The position numbers were made by a program, and so were the translations under genes. From an uncultured Alphaproteobacteria bacterium (GTDB taxonomy: Bacteria > Pseudomonadota > Alphaproteobacteria > Acetobacterales > Acetobacteraceae), in NCBI GenBank assembly GCA_963838815.1, contig CAWISS010000020.1, forward strand, positions 21,334 through 85,333: a DNA stretch of 64,000 nt, written 5' to 3'. The notes below the pieces were generated by a model. That model had not been told where the DNA came from. It worked only from the letters and a program-made list of their open reading frames with translations, and made no database searches. Shown here piece by piece: positions 55,736 to 64,000 of the stretch; position 1 is the first letter of the stretch; every line of letters starts with the position of its first letter.

Positions 55736-55845
55736 GTCGTCCTCCCCGGCGAAGCTTGGTCCTGCGAAGGCGGAACGCCGGGACCACGGCTTGCGGTGTT
55801 GGCGGCGACGAAGTCGTGGGTCGCCGGGCCAAGCCCGGCGATGAC
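55736..55845. repeat. GC-rich REP-like palindromic element
   Basis: Right arm GTCGTGGGTCGCCGGGCCAAGCCCGGCGATGAC; inner stem CCACGGCTT/AAGTCGTGG; degenerate left arm GTCGTCCTCCCCGGC. Confidence 0.7.
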
Positions 55846-56013
55846 ACTGGGGCGGTGACAGCAGTTCGGCCAGTCCCTTGCATCGGGGGCGCAAGTTGAT
55901 CGCCGCAGCATCCCCCTCGTAATGCTGTTGTATTGCAACCTTATAACTTGCCAAGCTCAGGCGGCTCCCTTAAATGGACGGTTCCCCAGAACCAAACACC
56001 GGAGAATGAGCGC

Positions 56014-56421
56014 ATGGCGCGCGTTACCGTCGAAGATTGCGTTCAGAAAGTGCCCAATCGGTTCGAGCTTGTTCTGCTCGCCGCGCAGCGTGCCCGGAAT
56101 ATCAGTCGTGGAGAAGAACTCACCGTCGACCGCGATAACGATAAGAACCCCGTCGTCGCGCTGCGTGAGATCGCCGACGAAACGATCGAGCTGCCCCGGA
56201 TTGAGCAGGATCTGATCAAGTCGCTGTCCCGTGCGCCGGAGCCGGAACCCGCGGACGAGGAAGTGCTCGACCTTATTCCGACCGATCAGAACATCTTCGG
56301 CCTGCAGGATGTCACTGCGGAGGAAGAGGTGGCTGGCCTTCCGGCCGAGGCCGACGAATTGTCGCCTGAGGACATGGAAGCCGCCATCGCCGCGGAACTC
56401 GGCGGTCGGTCAGCCCGGTAA
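56014..56421 (+). CDS. rpoZ: RNA polymerase omega subunit
   Basis: [37 protein letters not shown]. Confidence 0.97.
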   Translation: MARVTVEDCVQKVPNRFELVLLAAQRARNISRGEELTVDRDNDKNPVVALREIADETIELPRIEQDLIKSLSRAPEPEPADEEVLDLIPTDQNIFGLQDVTAEEEVAGLPAEADELSPEDMEAAIAAELGGRSAR

Positions 56422-56427
56422 AGCCCC

Positions 56428-58804
56428 ATGAAACGCGGGGGCCACGGCGGTGACATCAATCGGTCCGCGCCCTCCCCCGCGCGGGTGGCAGCGCTGTCGG
56501 TTGCAGCGACCGATGCGTTCGGACGGGATAAGCCAGGCCGGGATGCGCCGGCGGGGCTGTCGGCCCTCGCCGTGAGCGTCGCTGAACGGCCGGCGCTGCC
56601 CGGACCGGATGTCATCCGCCAGTGCGACCTGACCAGGAAGGTGCTGGCCTATGATCCCAAGGCCGATACCAGCCTGATCGATGCCGCCTACCATCTGGCG
56701 ACGCAAGCGCACGCCACCCAGCGGCGCGACAACGGTGATCCCTATATCACCCACCCGATCGCGGTGGCCGAGGTTCTTGCCGGCTATCGCCTGGATATCG
56801 CCTCGATCGTCACCGGCCTGCTGCACGACGTGATCGAGGATACGCCGGTCAGGCTGCCGGAGATCGAAGCCCGCTTCGGCAAGGAGATCGCCGGTCTGGT
56901 CGACGGCGTCACCAAGCTGACGCGGCTGGAGCTGCAGTCGGACCGAACCAAGCAGGCGGAGAATTTCCGCAAGCTGGTGCTCGCCATGAGCCGCGATATC
57001 CGCGTCCTGCTGGTCAAGCTGGCGGACCGACTGCACAACATGCGCACCCTGCACTTCGTTCGCGAGGCCGACCGGCGCAAGCGGATCGCCGGCGAAACGA
57101 TGGAGATCTACGCGCCGCTCGCCGAACGCATCGGCATGGATGCGCTCAAGACCGAACTGCAAACCCTGTCGTTCACCCAACTGGAACCCGAAGCCTACAA
57201 CACCATCCAGGCGCGCCTGAACTTTCTGCGCGGCCAGGGCCAGGACCTGATCGATGAAGTGCGGCGCGACCTGATCCGCGTCTGCAAGCAGGCCGGCGTC
57301 GACGTCATCGAACTGACCGGGCGGGAGAAGTCTCCGTACTCGATCTGGGAGAAGATGCATCGCCGCAACGTCGCCTTCGAGCAGTTGTCCGACATCATGG
57401 CATTCCGCATCGTCGTCGCCACAAAAGGCGATTGTTATGCGGCGCTGGGCGCGGTCCACTCGGCGTATCCGGTGATCGCCGGACGGTTCAAGGATTACAT
57501 CTCGACACCGAAGTCGAACGGCTACCAGTCGCTGCATACCGGTGTCACGCTGCGGGAGCCGCGCAACCAGAAGATCGAGGTGCAGATCCGCACCGCGGAA
57601 ATGAGCGACGTAGCGGAGAACGGCGTCGCCTCCCACTGGGTCTACAAGGCGCCCGACAAGAAAGTCGACGGCACCGAGGTGCAGCGCTTCCGCTGGGTGC
57701 AGGACCTGCTGGAAATCCTGGACAATTCGGACGCGCCGGACGAGTTCCTCGATAACACCAAGCTGGAACTCTACGCCGATCAGGTCTTCTGCTTCACTCC
57801 CAAGGGCCAGCTAATCCAGTTGCCGCGCGGCGCCACGCCGGTCGATTTCGCCTATGCCGTGCACAGCCAGGTGGGTGACACCTGCGTCGGCGCCAAGATC
57901 AACGGCCGCCTGATGCCGCTGCGCCACCATCTGCAGAATGGTGATCAGGTGGAGGTGATGACCGCACGCGGCGGCACGCCCTCGCCGCAATGGGAGCGGT
58001 TTGTCGTCACCGGCAAGGCGCGCGCCCGGATACGGCGGTTCATCCACCAGGAGCAGCGCCAGCAGAGCCGCGACGCCGGACGGGCGGAACTGACAAAGGC
58101 GTTCCGCCAGGCCGGTGTGGACGGCTCGGAGAAGGCGCTGGAACCGGCCCTGAAAGCGTTGAAGATCGCCGCCGTCGACGACCTCTATATCGGCATCGGC
58201 AACGGCAACCTGACGGCGAAGGACGTGGTCCACGCAGCCTATCCGGAGCTGCGCCAGGCGCCGCGCGCGCCCAGGATGATCCCGTCGCTGCTGACCCGCG
58301 GCGGCACGTCCGCCGACCCGGCAGGACCACGACATGCCGGTGACCGGCCTGGTGCCCGGCATGGCGTTCGGTTTCGCCGGCTGCTGCCATCCGGTTCCCG
58401 GCGACGAGATCGTCGGGATCGTGACGACCGGCAAAGGCGTGACGATCCACGGGCGCGAATGCCAAATGCTGACCGCCTTCGCCGCAACGCCGGAGCGGTT
58501 CATCGACGTCGACTGGAACTATGAAGCCGTCGGCAAAAAGGCCACGAACGGCCATTCGGTCGGGCATACCGCGCGGATCAGCGCCATCGCCGCCAATGAA
58601 CAAGGCGCGCTGGCCGACATGGCCAATGCCATCGCCAAGCAGGAAGGCGCCATCGCCAACCTCAAGATCGTCAACCGCCAGCAGGATTTCATGGAAGTGC
58701 TGGTGGATGTCGAGGTGCGCGACACCGCGCATCTGTCGAAAGTGATCGTCGGGCTGCGTGGGCTGCGCGAGATCAAGGGCGTGGAACGGGCAACTGGGGG
58801 ATGA
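56428..58804 (+). CDS. spoT: Bifunctional (p)ppGpp synthetase/hydrolase (frameshift near 58320)
   Basis: [37 protein letters not shown] domain, [11 protein letters not shown] domain; start uncertain. Confidence 0.95.
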
Positions 58805-59208
58805 TCCTGGGGATCGGCGCCGATATCTGTGACATCAGGCGCATCGAGGCCGCCATCGGCCGGCACGGCGACCGCTTTCTGGCCCGTGTCTTCACCGCGA
58901 CCGAGCGGGAGAAGGCCATGCGGCGGACGGAAAAGATCCAGGCCGCCACCTTCGCCAAGCGCTTCGCCGCCAAGGAAGCCGCCGCCAAAGCGCTAGGTAC
59001 CGGCTTTCGGCGCGGCGTGTTCTTCGCCGATCTGGGGGTCGTCAACCAGCCGAGTGGCAAACCGACCCTGGCGATGACCGGCGGTTCAGCGGCGCGGCTG
59101 CGGGCAATCACACCACCTGGCATGGTCGCACAGGTCGACCTGACAATGACCGATGAGTATCCCTATGCCTATGCTCAGGTGATTATCTCCGCCAACCCGG
59201 CGGCCTAG
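58801..59208 (+). CDS. acpS: Holo-ACP synthase
   Basis: [35 protein letters not shown]. Confidence 0.96.
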   Translation: MILGIGADICDIRRIEAAIGRHGDRFLARVFTATEREKAMRRTEKIQAATFAKRFAAKEAAAKALGTGFRRGVFFADLGVVNQPSGKPTLAMTGGSAARLRAITPPGMVAQVDLTMTDEYPYAYAQVIISANPAA

Positions 59209-59350
59209 ACAGATCCCGTTCAGGTGGGTTGTCGAAAGCAGCAAAGTTGTAGGCAACCGGCCTGCACCAGTCACGCGTCAGGGGCGGGTTGCCGCAGCTT
59301 TTTCATCGGACTGCGGCTCGGCGCCGGTGCCGGTTGTGGATACGAGCCTG

Positions 59351-59680
59351 TCAAGGATTGTTCAACGGCGCCTCTCGCCGGTGCACCACTTGCCCCGGGT
59401 CGCCACGATCTCCAGGCGAGCCGTCGCGCCGCAGCCAGGTCATCGATAAGTAGGCGCCGAGCCACGACCCAGCCGCGGCGAACAGCACGTACAGGGCGTT
59501 CTGGGTGTAGCTGATCACCGCGAAGGCCGACAGCAGATACCAGATGCCACTCCAGTTCGCCGCCGCCACGCGCCGGCGCGCCGATACCGCCGCATTGAAA
59601 AAGACATAGGCCGCGTCGGTAACCGCCGTGGAGACAAGCACGCCGCCGGCGATCAGCGGATTGATCGAAAGCGTGATCAT
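59351..59680 (-). CDS. Small three-TM membrane protein
   Basis: VSTAVTDAAYVFF, AANWSGIWYLLSAFAVISYTQN, FAAAGSWLGAYLSM. Confidence 0.7.
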   Translation of the reverse strand: MITLSINPLIAGGVLVSTAVTDAAYVFFNAAVSARRRVAAANWSGIWYLLSAFAVISYTQNALYVLFAAAGSWLGAYLSMTWLRRDGSPGDRGDPGQVVHRREAPLNNP

Positions 59681-60160
59681 GCCGGCCCGGCTCGAACTGT
59701 TTCGCAACGAGTCCGACTGGGGCCGCCGGCTGTTGCCAGTCGCCAGACTGCGCCAAGCATCACGCAGCCGCACGATCGGCGATCAGGGGCCAGCTCTGTC
59801 AGCGATCTGCGCTCGGCTTGTCTGGTGATGCGATCATCTCCCTTTTTTTCTGCGGCGCATTACTAGACCATCATAATGCTTGAGCGGCAACCGCGGCAGG
59901 GTCTGACGGTCGACGATGGGCAGCCGCTTGCCGCCCGCATGAGTTTGGCCAGCATCCCGGCAAAATACGCCACCGCTTGCACGCGGCGTTGCTGCCGCAC
60001 GGAGCGTCTCGCTTTCCGACCGCGGTGCAAACCGGTGCCGGCTCAGCACGCGCTAAAATGCTCTGACACCATTCCTTGACAGGATGCCGCCGCATAGGCT
60101 TGATCCGGCCGAGTCTCGCGGCCCTTGCCGTCGACGAAGATCTGAAAGTCCGTTGCCCAC

Positions 60161-60916
60161 ATGGCGACCACAAAGGCCAAACCCAGGCGGCAATCCAGCG
60201 CCTGGGTCGAGAACGTCAAGACCATCGTCTACGCCGGGCTGATAGCCGTCGGCGTGCGGACCTTTGCGTTCGAGCCGTTCAACATCCCCTCCGGCAGCAT
60301 GATCCCGACGCTGCTGGTCGGCGACTACCTGTTCGTGTCGAAATACAGCTATGGGTACTCCCGCTACTCGCTGCCGTTCGCGCCACCGCTGTTCTCCGGC
60401 CGGATCTTTGGGTCGTTGCCCAAGCGCGGCGACGTGGTGGTGTTTAAATATCCGCGCGACACCTCGGTGGACTACATCAAGCGGATCGTCGGCTTGCCCG
60501 GCGACCACATCCAGGTGCGGGAGGGGCAGCTTTACATTAATGGCGTGCTGTGTCCCCGCCAGTCCGAAGGTGACTACCTGGCGGATGACAACGGCATCAA
60601 GATGATGCGGCGACTGTATCAGGAAACCCTGCCAAACGGCGTCAAGCACGACATCCTGAAGGAGCGTGACGACGGCTGGGTGAACAATACGCAGGACTAT
60701 CTGGTGCCCGCTGGCCATGTCTTCGCGATGGGCGATAACCGCGACAATAGCGCGGATAGCCGTTTCATGGATGGCGTCGGATTTGTGCCGCTGGAAAACC
60801 TGGTCGGACGCGCCGAAATCCTGTTTTTCTCGATCGACGCCGAATATCCCTGGTGGGAGTTCTGGGAGTGGCCGCTCGAGATCCGCTGGAGCCGGCTGCT
60901 GAAACCCATTCATTGA
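60161..60916 (+). CDS. lepB: Signal peptidase I
   Basis: IPSGSMIPTL, DYIKRIVGLPGD, MGDNRDNSADSR. Confidence 0.97.
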   Translation: MATTKAKPRRQSSAWVENVKTIVYAGLIAVGVRTFAFEPFNIPSGSMIPTLLVGDYLFVSKYSYGYSRYSLPFAPPLFSGRIFGSLPKRGDVVVFKYPRDTSVDYIKRIVGLPGDHIQVREGQLYINGVLCPRQSEGDYLADDNGIKMMRRLYQETLPNGVKHDILKERDDGWVNNTQDYLVPAGHVFAMGDNRDNSADSRFMDGVGFVPLENLVGRAEILFFSIDAEYPWWEFWEWPLEIRWSRLLKPIH

Positions 60917-60939
60917 ACGCTCCGAACGTCCCGGACTGA

Positions 60940-61608
60940 ATGACTGACTCCTTGGAAGCCATCCTTGGTCACGCCTTCAAGCGTCCGGCCCTGCTGAAGG
61001 AGGCTCTTACGCATCGCTCGGTCGTGCATAGTCACGGCCGCAAGCATGGCTCGAATGAGCGGCTGGAATTCATCGGCGATCGCGTGCTCGGGCTGGCCAT
61101 GGCGGAGTGGCTGGCCGAACGCTTCCCGCGGGAGCAGGAAGGCGACCTCGGCCCCCGCCTCGCCTACCTGGTATCGCAGCCGGTCCTCGCCAAAGTGGCT
61201 GAAACAATCGGCCTCGCCGACGCAGTGTCCGTCGGGCGGGGCGAGGTCAAGGCCGGTCTGACGAAACGCGCCACGGTTCTGGCGGACGCGTTGGAGGCCG
61301 CACTGGGCGCGCTCTATCTGGATGGCGGGCTCGATGTCGCGCGCGATTTTGTCCGTCGGGCATGGCACGATGCGATGACTGGCCAGATCGAACCGCCGAA
61401 GGACGCTAAGACGGCCTTGCAGCACTGGGCGCTGAAGCGTGGACTCGGTTTGCCGTCCTACGCGGTCACCGGCTGCTCCGGTCCGCCCCATGCTCCCGCG
61501 TTCACCGTCACCGTCAGCGTCGGAGATACCGATGGTTCCGGCACCGCCGGCAGCAAACGTGCCGCGGAGCAGCTCGCGGCCGAGGCGCTACTCGCAAGGC
61601 TTCCATGA
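60940..61608 (+). CDS. rnc: Ribonuclease III
   Basis: NERLEFIGDRVLG, ADALEA..GA.YLDGG, dsRBD DAKTALQ. Confidence 0.97.
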   Translation: MTDSLEAILGHAFKRPALLKEALTHRSVVHSHGRKHGSNERLEFIGDRVLGLAMAEWLAERFPREQEGDLGPRLAYLVSQPVLAKVAETIGLADAVSVGRGEVKAGLTKRATVLADALEAALGALYLDGGLDVARDFVRRAWHDAMTGQIEPPKDAKTALQHWALKRGLGLPSYAVTGCSGPPHAPAFTVTVSVGDTDGSGTAGSKRAAEQLAAEALLARLP

Positions 61609-61635
61609 TGAGCCCGCCGTCATGACGCCACCACC

Positions 61636-62567
61636 ATGACCTCCCCGGTCGTGACCCCCAGATGTGGCTTCGTCGCCATCGTTGGCGCGCCGAATGCCGG
61701 CAAGTCGACCCTGCTCAATCGGTTGACCGGTGCCAAGCTGTCGATTGTCTCGCCGAAAGCTCAGACCACCCGCTTCCGGGTGCTTGGTATCCTGATGCGG
61801 GGACCGGCGCAGGTCCTGCTGGTGGATACCCCGGGCATCTTCCGGCCGCGCCGCAAGCTGGACCGCGCCATGGTGGCGGCCGCCTGGACCGGCGCGGCCG
61901 ACGCCGATTTGGCGATCCTGCTGGTCGATGCCCGAGCGAGTGCCAGGGAAGCTAAGGTGTCGGGGATGATGTGCGCGGCATCGCCGCCAGGCTGGCGGCA
62001 TCGGGACGGCGGTGCTGGCTGGTGCTGAACAAGATCGACCTCGTTACGCCATCGTCGCTGTTGCCGCTGATCGAGGCCTTGGGCGCGCTGGCGACGTTTG
62101 AGGAAACCTTCATGGTCAGCGCCGTCACCGGCGACGGCATCGGCAAGCTGGCGGATGCGCTGGCGGCGGCAGTGCCTGAAGGTCCGCATCTGTATCCGGA
62201 TGACGACCTCACCGACCTGCCTGACCGCCTGCTGGCGGCGGAGATCGTGCGTGAGCAAATCTTCATGCAGACCCACGAGGAAGTGCCGTACGGTGCCACC
62301 GTGGAGACTGAGACGTTCGACGAACGCAAGGATGGCTCGGTTCGTATCGACGCAACCGTGTACGTCGCCCGGCCTGGCCACAAGGCGATTCTGATCGGCG
62401 AAAAGGGCACGAAAATCAAAGCCATCGGTGCCCGCGCTCGGCAGGATCTGGCGGCGCTGCTGGAACGGCCGGTGCATCTCTTCCTGAATGTCAAGCAGCG
62501 CAGCGGCTGGGATGAGGAAGGCGCTCGCCTGCGCGCCATCGGCCTGGATGATCCGGGCAAGGCATGA
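61636..62567 (+). CDS. era: GTPase Era (frameshift near 61950)
   Basis: GAPNAGKSTL, KAQTTR, DTPG, NKID, EEVPY, KH domain IGEKG. Confidence 0.96.
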
Positions 62568-62775
62568 GCCAGTCGCCACGACCCTCGCCGCCATCTAGCT
62601 CAGCGGTGACATCTCCCGTAGCTGTTGGCGGGCTGGCATTGATGCGCAATATGTTACCGACGGCCACTTCGGCCCGCCGGCTGATTAGGCCCATGGATTA
62701 ATCTGGTGCTCGACCAGCCGCGCCTTCGAATGTGTCAGGGCACTGGCCCAAACTGGAACGCAGGTTTCCTCTGAT

Positions 62776-63473
62776 ATGATGGTAGACTTCAAAGCATTGT
62801 CGCGACGGTGCGATGCGCTTCCATGGTACCGGACGAGGCTCTGGTCTTCTCATGGCGGCGCATGCTGGCTTTGATCGACAGCGGCGTGCCGGGCGCCGTT
62901 ATCGAGTGCGGCACCTGGATGGGTGGCTGTGCCTTTGGCATGGCCCTGGTCCAGCGGCACCAGTACGGCCGGGTGTTGAGACCCGTCGTGATGTTGGACA
63001 GCTTCGAAGGATTGCCGCCCGCGACGCAGCGGGATGGCGCCGCCGCGTTGCTCTACCAAAGCCGTCCGGATGCTGCCGGCTACTACGACAACTGCAAGGC
63101 CCCGATCGACGAGGTGCGCCGATTCCGGGCCGAGTTCGGGCTTGGGGACGACGAGTGCCCGATTATCCAGGGATGGTTCAACGACACTCTTCCACCGCTG
63201 GCCAATGCGCTTGCGGCGGAAGGCATCGCACTTTTGCGCGTCGATTGCGACTGGTACGATCCCGTCCGGCTGGTGCTGGACCAGCTCGAGCCGTTGGTGA
63301 GTGAGGGCGGTACCGTGATCCTCGACGACTACTATGCGTGGGATGGCTGCGCGCGCGCAACACACGACTACCTCGCTGCGAACGATCTGCCCTACCGGCT
63401 GCGTGAAGCAGGGCCCGGGCCGCAGTGCGCTTGGTTCACGAAAGACAAAGGGCGAGTTCTGAAGCTGGACTAG
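62776..63473 (+). CDS. TylF/MycF/NovP-family O-methyltransferase (possible 5' frameshift)
   Basis: IECGTWMGG, DSFEGLP, GWFNDTLP, LLRVDCDWY, GGTVILDDY. Confidence 0.88.
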
Positions 63474-63569
63474 AGCCTTACAGGACAACCCTGCCAGGCT
63501 CCTGCAAGTCGCGTCGAGGGCAAGATACTCGCCCGGTCGGGCAATGCTGAAGGACCTTCCGCATTGCCA

Positions 63570-63679
63570 GTGGTCCGATCCTGACGCTTGGTTCCCAAGC
63601 GTCAGGTGAATCGGCCCACTAAATCAATGGCTAGTGGATGAGATCCAACGGATCGTTCCGTTGGATCTCATCCACTAGC
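63570..63679. repeat. Double-hairpin miniature element
   Basis: Hairpin 1 CCTGACGCTTGG-TTC-CCAAGCGTCAGG within AGTGG...CCACT; hairpin 2 perfect 23-bp GCTAGTGGATGAGATCCAACGGA-TCGT-TCCGTTGGATCTCATCCACTAGC. Confidence 0.85.
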
Positions 63680-63798
63680 GGTGCAAATCGGATAAGCGGC
63701 TGTCCGACCGCTCTTTAACAACGGCCGTTGGCGAGCACATGATAGCCCGTCGGTTTATATGCGTGCCGATCCGATCGAAGAGGGGAATTGAGGCAGCG

Positions 63799-64000
63799 AT
63801 GGAATGGGATGCGCCGACGATCGTGCTGGATGCGCGGCCGTATGGCGAAAGCGATGTGGTGGCCACCGTCATGAGCGAGGCGCATGGGTTGCACCGAGGC
63901 CTCGCCCGGGGCGGCTCTTCACGCGCCAAGGCGGCCATCTGGCAGGCCGGAAACCTGGTGCAGGTGCGTTGGACCGCGCGCCTCGCCGACCAGCTTGGCA
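63799..64000 (+). CDS. recO: DNA repair protein RecO (partial, runs off window)
   Basis: MEWDAPTIVLDARPYGESD..HGLHRGLARGG..QAGNLVQVRWTARLADQLG; follows era. Confidence 0.93.
   Translation, partial: MEWDAPTIVLDARPYGESDVVATVMSEAHGLHRGLARGGSSRAKAAIWQAGNLVQVRWTARLADQLG

Noticed and set aside
46633-57636. Long antisense ORFs (46633-48108, 51429-52502, 56410-57636 and similar)
   Set aside because: Shadow frames of high-GC3 genes (yidC, emrA, spoT); no recognisable motifs.
62564-62701. 45-aa ORF overlapping the era stop codon
   Set aside because: Low-complexity Ser/Pro sequence, no motif; coupling alone is insufficient.

Overview
GC-rich alphaproteobacterial chromosome segment; gene content and order suggest Acetobacteraceae (Rhodopila/Acidisphaera-like), which is an inference. 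Core blocks are pstSCA(B) with a four-unit Pho box, dut, kdsA...eno, rpmH-rnpA-yidD-yidC-yihA...argB and rpoZ-spoT-acpS-lepB-rnc-era-recO. They are interleaved with accessory genes: two efflux systems, ABC binding proteins, a GH63, c-di-GMP enzymes with a BLUF partner, a DUF433/DUF5615 toxin-antitoxin pair, hpaB and a TylF methyltransferase. Many genes, including essential ones (eno, era), carry small indels, most likely long-read assembly errors. The best candidate for an undescribed system is a coupled three-gene operon at 4420-8647. It encodes a Sec-exported alpha/beta hydrolase, an MFS-like polytopic protein with a predicted periplasmic SAM-fold domain, and a Tat-exported, divergent protein-isoaspartate methyltransferase; together these suggest extracytoplasmic SAM-dependent methylation. 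Also found: an unannotated 42-aa secreted peptide ending GGGG, a Mu gp44-like relic, a lipoprotein frame with two in-frame stops, three kinds of palindromic miniature elements, and a shared CtrA-like motif upstream of both c-di-GMP loci. All family calls come from motif recognition, not database searches.
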